NCBI GenBank assembly: GCA_965203755.1
Contig: OZ241910.1
Location: 1,309,287-1,373,286 of the forward strand
Length of the DNA stretch: 64,000 bases
Reading direction: 5' to 3'
Origin: Phototrophicaceae bacterium
Lineage (GTDB): Bacteria; Chloroflexota; Anaerolineae; Aggregatilineales; Phototrophicaceae
Positions 18,404 to 27,616 of the stretch are shown here, in pieces; the stretch's first letter is position 1, and each line of letters starts with the position of its first letter. Both the position numbers and the translations under genes were made by a program. The notes below the pieces were generated by a model. It did no database searches. It was not told the origin of the DNA and saw only the letters and a program-made list of their open reading frames with translations.

Positions 18404-19435
18404 TCAGCGTTTTTCCTTAATCGATTTTTGATAGCGGCGGCGGATGAGGATCAGCAGGCAGAAAAGCAGCCCCATCAGCCCCAGAGCCAAGGTGCCAACG
18501 CCGCGCGCCGGCGAGGGTTCAAGCTGGCTGATGGCAACCGCAGTCAAGCCAAACAGGAACGAAAATCCATAGAGAATCAAAAGCGTTTGCCGCTGCGTAA
18601 AGCCAATGGACATAATACGGTGCGACACATGATCCTTACCGCCCTGCATCAGGGGGCGCCGCTCGACAAGGCGGGTTAGGACAGCCAGGTTGATATCCAT
18701 AATCGGCAAAGCCAAAGCGAAAATCGGCACCATCCAGGTTACATTGAGCGGCTGTGTCTCAAACTTGAGCTTAATCGCCAGGACAGCTAAGATAAATCCC
18801 AAGGTATAAGCGCCCATGTCCCCCATGAAAGTGCTGGAGGGATTGAAATTGTAGGTCAGGAAGCCGATGACGCCGCCAAAAATAGCCGCCGCCAGCATAC
18901 TGACGAGGATTTGCCCCTGTGTCACCGCAATCAGCAGGAAGAAACCGGATGCAATCGCCGAACTGCCGGCCGCCAGCCCGTCCATATTATCAATCCAGTT
19001 GATGGCATTGATGAGGGCGACAATCCAGAACAGGGTCAGGGGAATATCAACCAGCGCGCTGCCAAACAGCTGAATTTGGACGCCGGCCAAGGCGGCGACC
19101 AAAGCCGCCAAAGTCATCGCCAGCAGTCGAATGCGCGGGCTGAGGTCCCGGCGGTCATCCAGATAGCCAATCCACGCCAGCAAGGTCGCGCCGGCTACAA
19201 TCGCGCCCAGTTCCTCCAGATACCCCGGCGGACTAAAAAGCAGCGTCGACAGCGCAAAGGCCAGATAAATCGCCACGCCGCCCATCAACGGCATGCGCTG
19301 GGTATGGATATTCCGTTTGCTCGGCGCAGCCATAACCCCCAGACGCATCGCAATCTGACGGGTGATGGGCGTTAAGCCCAAGGCCGCGGCAAACCCGACA
19401 ATCATCATCGGTATGAATTGCAGGCTCGGATCCAT
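18404..19435 (-). CDS. glycosyltransferase family 4 (MraY/WecA-like polyprenyl-phosphate sugar-1-P transferase)
   Basis: Polytopic membrane protein with YLDDRRDL and NAINWIDNMDGLAAG motifs. Confidence 0.85.
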   Translation of the reverse strand: MDPSLQFIPMMIVGFAAALGLTPITRQIAMRLGVMAAPSKRNIHTQRMPLMGGVAIYLAFALSTLLFSPPGYLEELGAIVAGATLLAWIGYLDDRRDLSPRIRLLAMTLAALVAALAGVQIQLFGSALVDIPLTLFWIVALINAINWIDNMDGLAAGSSAIASGFFLLIAVTQGQILVSMLAAAIFGGVIGFLTYNFNPSSTFMGDMGAYTLGFILAVLAIKLKFETQPLNVTWMVPIFALALPIMDINLAVLTRLVERRPLMQGGKDHVSHRIMSIGFTQRQTLLILYGFSFLFGLTAVAISQLEPSPARGVGTLALGLMGLLFCLLILIRRRYQKSIKEKR

Positions 19436-19507
19436 AGCTTCAGTATAAAATGGAACATCCCAAGCTGAAAGAGGGCAAGCGAAGTCGATGACGGCGAGGA
19501 CGCCAAA

Positions 19508-19888
19508 TCACAGCGCCAGCAGCGAGACCGCAACCAAGGCCGCAAAGAGCGCCGCCGCCAGCATCCCCATATTGCGGAGGTCTTGAATCACAAAGCTGTA
19601 ATCGGCGCGCAAGTCTTCCTCGCTGACCGCCTTGCTTGGGTTCGCCAGCATTTCGGCGACATAGTCGGCGTCAAGCGCGCCTTCGCTTTTGCGTTTTTCC
19701 AGCTGCGTCGATTGCAGGTCGCGCCGGCGCCGGCGAGGTTTCGTCACGGCATTGGCGAGAGCCGCTTCCGGCTTTGGCGGCCTGTCGGCCGCGCTTTGGG
19801 ATTCTGCGCGGCTGCCGCCCGCATCCTGGCGGGCCTGCTCCAGCGCCGCCTTCGAGATATTGGGTTTTTTGCGTCTGCGTTTTGCCAT
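19508..19888 (-). CDS. hypothetical tail-anchored protein with basic N-terminus
   Basis: MAKRRRKKPN... and a C-terminal TM (MLAAALFAALVAVSLLAL). It lies in an operon-like run downstream of 19919..20323. Confidence 0.45.
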   Translation of the reverse strand: MAKRRRKKPNISKAALEQARQDAGGSRAESQSAADRPPKPEAALANAVTKPRRRRRDLQSTQLEKRKSEGALDADYVAEMLANPSKAVSEEDLRADYSFVIQDLRNMGMLAAALFAALVAVSLLAL

Positions 19889-19918
19889 CGCGCGAATTCT
19901 CCATCCCTTGCCAAAACT

Positions 19919-20323
19919 TTATCTGACTTTCATACGGCGCAGCCCTTGATAGGCTGGATTGCCCTGAATAGCCTTCCAGCGGGCTTCGCCGCCATCGGTA
20001 TGCCATTCGACAACAAACAAGCCCTGGCTGTCCTGATAAGTGAAGCTGGGCTTCAAGCCGAGCAGAATTTGACGCATGGTGCCGATAATCTCTTTGCGCT
20101 CCTCACCCATCCGCAAAGTGAAGTATTGTCCGGCGACAAATTCAAAAAACATCGGCATCCCATCAAGGCTGCCCTCCATCTTCACCGGCGCCTCGGCCTG
20201 CATGCAGCTCATAAAAACATTTTGCAGCCGATTGTTCCACAACGTATGGTTGACGCGCTCTTCAATGTAATACGGACGGGGTTCAGGAGTTGAATAAAAC
20301 CATTTGCGCGATGTGGTTGCCAT
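19919..20323 (-). CDS. hypothetical protein, divergent from the LexA-like gene
   Basis: 134-aa ORF. It is the first gene on the minus strand side of the SOS-box intergenic region. No family was recognised. Confidence 0.45.
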   Translation of the reverse strand: MATTSRKWFYSTPEPRPYYIEERVNHTLWNNRLQNVFMSCMQAEAPVKMEGSLDGMPMFFEFVAGQYFTLRMGEERKEIIGTMRQILLGLKPSFTYQDSQGLFVVEWHTDGGEARWKAIQGNPAYQGLRRMKVR

Positions 20324-20445
20324 CGTTCAGTTTCTCCACCGGCTCAAGCCATCACCATAATATCAGTATACCTCAAAATCCCAAGCTGCGGAAAGGGCAA
20401 GTCTTCACCAGGACGGACGCGGCGTTGACCGCCTTTCGATATATC

Positions 20446-20461
20446 TAGAACAAATGTTCTA
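20446..20461. promoter_or_regulatory. SOS (LexA) box TAGAAC-N4-GTTCTA
   Basis: TAGAACAAATGTTCTA matches the Gram-positive/Chloroflexi-type GAAC-N4-GTTC operator. An extended -10 TGcTATGAT lies at 20468..20476. Confidence 0.7.
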
Positions 20462-20511
20462 AAACTGTGCTATGATAAAACCATTGTGACGTCAATGAGA
20501 GGCGAGCATCA

Positions 20512-20802
20512 ATGAAATACCGCGATAACCGCACCAAACGCATCTTTGAGTTTATTTGTCAGTATGTCCGGCGGCAGGGCTTTCCGCCGACCTTGGGCGA
20601 GATTGCCCGATATGAGGGTTTCAAGTCCAATTCCGGTGTGATCCGTCATCTGGACAAGCTGGAAAAATGGGGTTGGATCGAACGTTTTCATGGTCGCGCC
20701 CGCACCATCCGCATCCTGCGGCAATGCGATTCACCGGCGAGGACAAGCCATGTCAGGCGAGGTAATAAGCCCGCTTCTCGCTTATCTTCTCGGCGGCGAT
20801 AA
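20512..20802 (+). CDS. LexA N-terminal (winged-helix DNA-binding) domain protein lacking the S24 peptidase domain
   Basis: RIFEFICQYVRRQGFPPTLGEIARYEGFKSNSGVIRHLDKLEKWGWIER aligns with the LexA DNA-binding domain. It is only 96 aa, and its tail overlaps the convergent gene. Confidence 0.65.
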   Translation: MKYRDNRTKRIFEFICQYVRRQGFPPTLGEIARYEGFKSNSGVIRHLDKLEKWGWIERFHGRARTIRILRQCDSPARTSHVRRGNKPASRLSSRRR

Positions 20803-21295
20803 CCACGCCCGACTGCGGCAAGACATACAGCTGATACAATTCGCCGGCGGCGAATTGCTTTGGCAGCGCCGCATCCAGCAATTTATAATTCTGCACTTCG
20901 ACGCGCAGCGTCGTGTAAAGCGGGTGAGTTCGCATGGCATAGCGGCTTGTGCGCCCTTTGACAATCCGCACCGTTTCTGATTCGCGGTCAAGCGCTAATT
21001 GCTGGACAAATCGATTGAAGTCAGCGGCGGCGTAAATCATAAGGCTTATGACCGCGATTTCAATCATCATCGCCACCGGCAGCAGCACGACCCGAACAAA
21101 GGACAAGATGACCACCACCGCCGTGATCATCGCCGCCACCGCGACGCTGCGCCGGACAAACCGCGCCATCCGCGCCTGAAACAGGCTGATATGCTGTTCA
21201 AGCGCGCGTATCTGCGTCTGGCTCATCAAGCCGAGACGGTTGTTTTTCAGGTCATTCTCGCTGGCGGCGATGATCTGCCGGCTTGGCTGTCCCAT
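20753..21295 (-). CDS. hypothetical membrane protein
   Basis: 180 aa with two adjacent TM helices (VAVAAMITAVVVILSF / LLPVAMMIEIAVISLMIYAA). Upstream promoter-like TTGAGA-16-TATGCT. Confidence 0.5.
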   Translation of the reverse strand: MGQPSRQIIAASENDLKNNRLGLMSQTQIRALEQHISLFQARMARFVRRSVAVAAMITAVVVILSFVRVVLLPVAMMIEIAVISLMIYAAADFNRFVQQLALDRESETVRIVKGRTSRYAMRTHPLYTTLRVEVQNYKLLDAALPKQFAAGELYQLYVLPQSGVVIAAEKISEKRAYYLA

Positions 21296-21486
21296 ACCTA
21301 ATCATCCTGCCGGTTCCGTTTGCCTATAAGCATACCACAAATAACGCCCATCTCAATTCCTGTCCGTTCCCGGACAATGAAATCCAATTTCATCGATTTT
21401 GCTTGAATAATCGTTTGGCAAAGGCATATTGATTTGTTATTATTCAGACAGTTCAATTTATTTCGCGAGTAGGCTGGAGGAAAAGC

Positions 21487-23148
21487 ATGTTCAAATCAAC
21501 TAAACCATCAGGAAAAATGGTTTTTGTCCTCATTATGAGTCTCTTGTTATTGTCTCTGTCGCCGGTCCTTGCCGCCGATATCGCCGTCGATGCGAACTGC
21601 ACCCTGGCACAGGCGATCACCTCCGCCAATACTGACACCGCCGCTGATGGTTCATCCTGCACAGCCGGCAGCGGCGCCGATACCATTACCCTGTCGGCAG
21701 ACGTCACACTGTCCGAAGCGCTTCCATCCATTACATCCGAGATTAAAATCGAGGGCGGCAACTATGCCATCAGCGGGGATGATGCCCATCGAATTTTTGA
21801 TGTAGCCGCGGCTGGCGATCTTATGATTGTTAATCTGGCGATGACCCTCGGATCCGCTAACTCCGGCGGCGCCATCGCAAGTTCAGGCAGCCTGACCATC
21901 ATCGGCAGCGCCTTTTCTACCAATTCAGCCACCGTGGACGGCGGCGGCATCGCCATTAATTCGGGCGTCGCCATCATCACCGGCAGCACCTTCTTCGCTA
22001 ATTCAGCCAGCCGCAATGGTGGTGGACTTGCTGTCAATTCGGGCGTCGCCATCATCACAAGCAGCAATCTTTCTGCCAATTCAGCCACCGTGGACGGCGG
22101 CGGCATCGCCGTCAATTCGGGCATCGTGACCATCGAAAACAGTAACATTTCCAACAATTCAACAGAACGAGACGGCGGCGCAATATACAGCAGCGGCAAC
22201 CTGACCCTCACCAACAGCACCGTTTCCGAAAACGGCGCGCCCAATGGCCGTGGCGGCGGGCTCTATGCCGCCACCGCCAGCGGCATAGCCTCTCTGACCC
22301 ATCTGACCTTCTTTGGCAACAGCGCGGCGGCGGCCGCCGGCGGCGCCGTGCAGGTCAATGAAGCCACCGTTCATCTGCGGAACAGCATCCTGTATGGAAG
22401 CATCGCAAGCAGTGAAAGCGCAGACGGCGATGAAAGCGCCGCCGGCAATGACTGTGTGGGCGTATTGACACAGGACGTCAGCAATCTTATCGGGAGCGGT
22501 GATTGCAGCGCGACCGCAATCACCAGCGATCCCAAGCTCGGCGGCCTGACCGGCTCGCCGGCCTACTACCCAATAGACGATGACAGCCCGGCATTTGACG
22601 CCGCCGATTCGACCTTATGCACCACCGCCGACCAGATTGGAACACCGCGGCCTCAAGAGGCCGCCTGCGATATTGGCGCTTTTGAATATGTCAAACCGAT
22701 AGAGGCGCAGGCGCAGCAGCTGCAGCAGGCAGAGCAGCAGGTCGAGACAACCGAAGAGCCAGGGACGCCCGTACCAACACCAACACTGACGCCAACACCA
22801 ACTCCAACACTGATGCCATCAACCTGCCTGTCGCTTCCCGAAAGCATTGTGGTCGCGGGTTTCAACAACTCGACGCAGTGCCAGCGGCTTGACGCCGGCG
22901 GCATCGGGGTTCCAGCGATCATTGACGCCGGCTTTATTGATGCGGTGGATATTTGGAGCTATGTCACGCCCGGGATACAAGTCTGCTTCCGACAGAGCGG
23001 CGGCTCGTTCCTCTTCCTGGATGCAGCGGACATACCGCGCACCGCCAGCGAACTGTCATTGTCCTACCGCATCGAGGACGACATCTCGGAGATGATATGC
23101 ACCCAGATTGACCGCGCCGGTTCGGTCATTCTTATGCCGGAATCGTAG
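21487..23148 (+). CDS. secreted CSLREA-domain / right-handed beta-helix repeat protein
   Basis: Signal peptide, then CTLAQAITSAN (CSLREA-like motif). Repeated NSAxxDGGGIA coils resemble PMP/PbH1 repeats. A TP-rich linker is PTPTLTPTPTPTL. Confidence 0.7.
   Translation: MFKSTKPSGKMVFVLIMSLLLLSLSPVLAADIAVDANCTLAQAITSANTDTAADGSSCTAGSGADTITLSADVTLSEALPSITSEIKIEGGNYAISGDDAHRIFDVAAAGDLMIVNLAMTLGSANSGGAIASSGSLTIIGSAFSTNSATVDGGGIAINSGVAIITGSTFFANSASRNGGGLAVNSGVAIITSSNLSANSATVDGGGIAVNSGIVTIENSNISNNSTERDGGAIYSSGNLTLTNSTVSENGAPNGRGGGLYAATASGIASLTHLTFFGNSAAAAAGGAVQVNEATVHLRNSILYGSIASSESADGDESAAGNDCVGVLTQDVSNLIGSGDCSATAITSDPKLGGLTGSPAYYPIDDDSPAFDAADSTLCTTADQIGTPRPQEAACDIGAFEYVKPIEAQAQQLQQAEQQVETTEEPGTPVPTPTLTPTPTPTLMPSTCLSLPESIVVAGFNNSTQCQRLDAGGIGVPAIIDAGFIDAVDIWSYVTPGIQVCFRQSGGSFLFLDAADIPRTASELSLSYRIEDDISEMICTQIDRAGSVILMPES
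21922..22233. repeat. 4 x 78-bp (26-aa) tandem coding repeats (beta-helix coils)
   Basis: aattca(g/a)c... recurs at 21922, 22000, 22078 and 22156 with exact 78-bp spacing. Confidence 0.8.
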
Positions 23149-23170
23149 CCGGTTCAGCGCGGCCGCAGCA

Positions 23171-23944
23171 TCACATCCCGGATTCCAGCGCCGGCATAAA
23201 CCGCGTCAGATACCATGCCAGCTGGTCGCGGGTGAAGACATAAATCTGTCTTTCGACAGCTTCAAGCAATGCTTTGGGGATATGCCGCCACAAACGCTGA
23301 TTCATCTCGGTCGGATCATCCAGCGCCGAGCGGATCAAAGCCGGCGTCAGCCCCAGCCGTTTGCCAAAAATTTCAAGGGTGCGGCTTTTGCCATCCGGCA
23401 TCAGCTGTCCAACAATCAAGTCGCGCCAGGCGCACAGCGCCTCAACCGACATAAACGGCAGCCATTCGCCCGGCTGACAGCTGCCCAGCGTTTCCGCCTG
23501 CCAGCCCTCAAGTTCGGCTTGGTCGCGTTCGTCCATCGCCGTCAGAATCAGATGCAAGGCGAAGAATTGGTCCCGCCGTTCAACCGCCGGCCATTCGCGG
23601 CCGGCGAAATGCGGGCGCACCATCTTGAGCGCCCAGGCTTCGTCAGCCGCCAAATGGGCTGCATAACCAGCCAAAAAAGCCAGATGCGCCTGGTCGCGCG
23701 CGCAGGCCAAAGTCGGATGTTCATTGAGCAGCCGACGCCAGGGACGTTCGGTGATATAGCGGTCATAAGCATAAAAGTGGGTCACTTCGCGCCCGACCCC
23801 GCTTGCCACCCGCGCGTCCGCGGCAATGCTGCCCAACTGAAACGCCGGGCGATGACTGAACAGCAGACCGCGGTATATCGGCGCCAGACGGCTGTCCCCA
23901 AGCAGGTCTTGCGCGATCTTGAGATGGGTGAATGGTGTTGGCAT
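23171..23944 (-). CDS. zinc-dependent phospholipase C-like family protein (tentative)
   Basis: N-terminal PTPFTHLKIAQDLL and AAHLAADEAW histidine motifs resemble the PLC-like Zn family. The assignment is by eye only. Confidence 0.45.
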   Translation of the reverse strand: MPTPFTHLKIAQDLLGDSRLAPIYRGLLFSHRPAFQLGSIAADARVASGVGREVTHFYAYDRYITERPWRRLLNEHPTLACARDQAHLAFLAGYAAHLAADEAWALKMVRPHFAGREWPAVERRDQFFALHLILTAMDERDQAELEGWQAETLGSCQPGEWLPFMSVEALCAWRDLIVGQLMPDGKSRTLEIFGKRLGLTPALIRSALDDPTEMNQRLWRHIPKALLEAVERQIYVFTRDQLAWYLTRFMPALESGM

Positions 23945-24037
23945 GGGCTGAATTGTAGAGGGCATCGCCCCTGATGACGAGAGGCAAGTCGCCGGCCAGG
24001 CGCTTGGGCGGCGGCGGCAAAATGTTCGGCGGCATCC

Positions 24038-26596
24038 TTATTCGCCGCGCAGCGCCGCCGCCGGTTTGAGGCGGCCGAGCTTCAGCGCTGGATACAGGCC
24101 GGCCAGCAAGGCCGCCGCGACCGCCACCAAAAATGCCTCGACAAACTCGCCCGGCAAAGGCGCGAACCGCATCGTCCAGCCAAAGGAGCGCACATTGATG
24201 ACATCAATCAGCGCCAGCGACAGCGCCACGCCAATCGGCAGCGCCAGAACGCCAGCCGTCAAGCCCATCAGCCCGGTCTGAATCAAGGTGAATTGGGTTA
24301 GTTGACCGGCGGTCATGCCATTGGCGCGCATCAAGCCATATTCGCGGGTATGTTCCAGCTGCAGCGCCATCAACGCTGACAGGATCCCAATAAACGCGAC
24401 CACAGTCGTTAGCAGGCGCAGGGCAATCGTAATGGCAAAGGTGCGGTCAAACACTTCCAGCGCCCCCCGACGCAGGCTCTCGTTATCCTGCGCCACCAAA
24501 TCAAAATCCGCCAGCGCAGCGCGCAAATCCCCGATGACCGCATTCGGGCGGGCATTCGGCTCAATAAAAACACCTAGGGAAGTGATAAACGGATCATCGA
24601 AAAATCGGTCATACACCGCCCGCGACATATACACCGCGCCCTGGTCGGTGCTGTAATCGAAGTAGACGCCAAAGACCTCAAAGGTTTGGTCGCCGCGGTC
24701 GGTCGTCAGCGTGATGCGGCTGTTCGCTGGCGTGATGCCACGCCGAAAAGCAAAAGGCTCGCTGACCATGACCTGGCCGCCATCCAATGCGGCTTGATGT
24801 TCTTGGGGCGGCGCCTGCGTCCATTTGAAACGCCGGTTGCCGCCGGCAATGTCAAAATCGCTGGCTAAGAGGTTGACCGGCGGCATATCCGGATAATCGG
24901 GCGCGGCGACGCTGACATGCCGCGCCGATGAAACCGCCCGGACTCCCGCGACGCGGCCGGCAAGCTCAAGGACGGCTGAATCGACATCCACGCTGGCGAG
25001 GTTTGAGGTGAACAAAGGCGGCGAGACAAAAATCTGCGCGCCCAGCGAACTGTCCAGCCAATCGGAGACCGTCGTCCGAAAACTGGCGATCATGCCGCTG
25101 ACGCCGACAATGACGCTGACGGCAATCGTCAGCGCGGCGACCGCCACCGAAGTTCGGCTCAATGACCGCGTGACAGCCCGCGGCGCCATCCGTCCCAGCG
25201 CGCCAAAGAGCCGGCTGGTCAGTGGCAGCAGCAGGCGCATCGCCAGCAGGAGCGCCGCCGGCGTGAACAGGGCGCTGCCGGCAATAATAAAGAACAGCGC
25301 CGCAAAACTCACCGACACGTCCTTGGTCGGCAGCTGCAAGAGAGCCAAGCCCAGCAGGTTCATGCCAGCCGCCAGCGCCGTGAGCGCGGGAAGGCGGCGG
25401 CGGGTTTGCGCTTCTTCGCTGGAACGTTTCATCGCGCCGGCCGGCGGCGTGCGGGTGGCATCATACGAGGGTAAAACGGCGGCGCCAACACTCGCTGTCA
25501 AGCCAATCGCGGCGCCTTTGACCAGCGTCAGAGGGGCAATGGCGATGCTCTGCACATTGACCGCAAAATACAAATCGCTGATGGTCTGTGACACCAGCGT
25601 CACCGCCCCGCGGCCAAAGACAGCCCCCAGCCCGATGCCCAGCGCCGTCCCAAGCAGGCCAAGCATAAAAGCCTCGCCCAGGACCAGCGCGAATATCTGG
25701 ACTTTGGTCGCCCCTAAAGAACGCAGAATCCCGATCACATGGCGCCGCTGCGCCACGCTAAAGGTCACCGTGTTGTAAATCAGAAAAAGCCCAACTACCA
25801 ATGCCAGCAGACTCAAAGCCTGCAAGTTGATCTCGAAGGCGGCGATCATCTGGTCCAAGGCGCTTTCGCGGCTGACATCCACCAGCGAAACCCCAGCCGG
25901 CAAGACCTCGATAATCCGCTGGATGTCATCGGCATCCAAGATAAGGTCAATGCGATGGATGCGTCCAGCCAAGCCGGCGATCTCTTGGGCTGTGGCGATG
26001 TCGGCGATCATCAGGTCATCAAGCGCCTGGCGGCTGGCATCGTTTTGCGGCTGCATGATGCCGACAACCCGCCCCGAAGTGAATCGGCCGCCGGCGCTGA
26101 TATCGAGCGCGTCGTTCAGCTTGAGGCTGAATGCCTGTGCCAGCGAATCGCTGATGACGACCGCGCCCGGCTCGGCGATCAGACGATGGAGGGCGGCAAA
26201 ATCAGCGCGGTCATCCCCGTCGGGATCCGCCGCCAGATAAGGACGAAACGGCGCTTCGACAAAGGGGTCAATCCCCAGCAGGCGCAAGGGACGGCCGCTT
26301 GCGGCTATGCGGACAAGCTCGGATATGACCGGCGCGCTGGACTTGATGCCCAAATCAATCCGCAGCGAGGCATACAGCGCCGAATCCAGTCCATTGGGGC
26401 CGCCGACAATCTGATGAGTCGCCCGGCCGCTGATGCTTTCAGCGCTCAAGGCAAAGGCGCGGCTGGCAGAACCGTTGGCGATATCGATGGCGATGACCAC
26501 GGCGACGCCCAGCGCGACGCCGAGGACAAACATCGCGCTTTGGAAAAGACGGCGGCTGATATAACGCCAGCCAAGACGGATTATGACCGGCTGCAC
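24038..26596 (-). CDS. ABC transporter permease, double FtsX-domain (MacB-like)
   Basis: 852 aa with two FtsX-type four-helix blocks separated by large extracytoplasmic domains. No ATPase gene is adjacent. Confidence 0.8.
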   Translation of the reverse strand: MQPVIIRLGWRYISRRLFQSAMFVLGVALGVAVVIAIDIANGSASRAFALSAESISGRATHQIVGGPNGLDSALYASLRIDLGIKSSAPVISELVRIAASGRPLRLLGIDPFVEAPFRPYLAADPDGDDRADFAALHRLIAEPGAVVISDSLAQAFSLKLNDALDISAGGRFTSGRVVGIMQPQNDASRQALDDLMIADIATAQEIAGLAGRIHRIDLILDADDIQRIIEVLPAGVSLVDVSRESALDQMIAAFEINLQALSLLALVVGLFLIYNTVTFSVAQRRHVIGILRSLGATKVQIFALVLGEAFMLGLLGTALGIGLGAVFGRGAVTLVSQTISDLYFAVNVQSIAIAPLTLVKGAAIGLTASVGAAVLPSYDATRTPPAGAMKRSSEEAQTRRRLPALTALAAGMNLLGLALLQLPTKDVSVSFAALFFIIAGSALFTPAALLLAMRLLLPLTSRLFGALGRMAPRAVTRSLSRTSVAVAALTIAVSVIVGVSGMIASFRTTVSDWLDSSLGAQIFVSPPLFTSNLASVDVDSAVLELAGRVAGVRAVSSARHVSVAAPDYPDMPPVNLLASDFDIAGGNRRFKWTQAPPQEHQAALDGGQVMVSEPFAFRRGITPANSRITLTTDRGDQTFEVFGVYFDYSTDQGAVYMSRAVYDRFFDDPFITSLGVFIEPNARPNAVIGDLRAALADFDLVAQDNESLRRGALEVFDRTFAITIALRLLTTVVAFIGILSALMALQLEHTREYGLMRANGMTAGQLTQFTLIQTGLMGLTAGVLALPIGVALSLALIDVINVRSFGWTMRFAPLPGEFVEAFLVAVAAALLAGLYPALKLGRLKPAAALRGE

Positions 26597-26622
26597 AGCT
26601 TGCCCTTTCGGTCGATTTTTGT

Positions 26623-27483
26623 CTAAAGCCCGAAGCGCCGCTTGAAGGTTCGCAGACGTTCCAGGTAATCATCAAGTCGGTCGCCGTGCGGATACACCGC
26701 CAGTTCAGTCGCGCCCAGCCGGTCCCAGCCAGCGACATAGGCCTCCCACTCGCGTTCGGGCAGACCTTCGGTAATCAGGCGGGTATGCAGACCAACGCGG
26801 TCGGCTCGACCGCATGCTTCGGCAAATGCCCAGTATTTGTCGGTGAGCCTTTGCGCCTGCGGCGGCGGCCCGGCATGCGCCACCCAGCCATCGCTCCGCT
26901 GCGCCGCCCGCTGCAAAACCACATCCGCGGTTCCTCCAATCCAAATCGGAATCGGCTGTTGGGGCGGCAGCGGATTGATGCCGGCATCGTCGATTTGGTC
27001 AAATTGTCCGTCGAGCTTGACCAAATCCCGCGTCCATAATTTCCGCAAAACCTCAATCTGCTCTTCAATCCGGGCGCCGCGCGTCCGAAAGTCACAGCCA
27101 AGCGAGTTGTATTCAACCGCATTCCAGCCGACGCCCGCCCCCAGCCGCAGCCGGCCGCCGGAAAGCAGATCCACCTGCGCCGCCTGCTTGGCGACCAGCG
27201 CCGTTTGACGCTGCGGCAAAATCAAGACGCCGGTCATCAAGCCAATGGTTTCGGTCAAGCCCGCCAGATACGCGAACAGGGTAAATGGCTCGTGGAACCT
27301 GTCTTTATAGGTGTATGGATTGCCGGCGCGCCAGCCTTCGCGTTCAGGATTAGCGCCCAGCACATGGTCATAAGCCAGCAAATGATGATAGCCCATGCCT
27401 TCGGCCGCCTGTGCAAAATCGCGAATCGCGACCGGGTCAGCGTCCAGTTGATTTTGCGGAAACACCACGCCAAATTTCATCAT
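26623..27483 (-). CDS. LLM-class (luciferase-like) F420-dependent oxidoreductase
   Basis: MMKFGVVFPQ..., GYHHLLAYDHV and GGRLRLGAGVGW are typical of LLM/F420 enzymes. The start is set at 27483. Confidence 0.8.
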   Translation of the reverse strand: MMKFGVVFPQNQLDADPVAIRDFAQAAEGMGYHHLLAYDHVLGANPEREGWRAGNPYTYKDRFHEPFTLFAYLAGLTETIGLMTGVLILPQRQTALVAKQAAQVDLLSGGRLRLGAGVGWNAVEYNSLGCDFRTRGARIEEQIEVLRKLWTRDLVKLDGQFDQIDDAGINPLPPQQPIPIWIGGTADVVLQRAAQRSDGWVAHAGPPPQAQRLTDKYWAFAEACGRADRVGLHTRLITEGLPEREWEAYVAGWDRLGATELAVYPHGDRLDDYLERLRTFKRRFGL

Positions 27484-27616
27484 CGCCCTCCCTTCATCCG
27501 CCAATGCTGCCCATGCTAACCAAGACCAGCCGATTATGCCAGAGGACACCCCTTGCATCTGCCCTGCTTTGTGCTAAGTTTCCCCAAGTCAGCCAGCCCA
27601 AGGACAAGACGCGGCG

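Noticed and set aside
20690-20980. A plus-strand ORF downstream of the LexA-like gene as a frameshifted LexA C-terminal (S24) domain.
   Set aside because: Its translation shows no Ala-Gly cleavage site or Ser/Lys dyad context, and none of the S24 motifs. The minus-strand ORF 20753..21295, with two clear TM helices, explains the region better.
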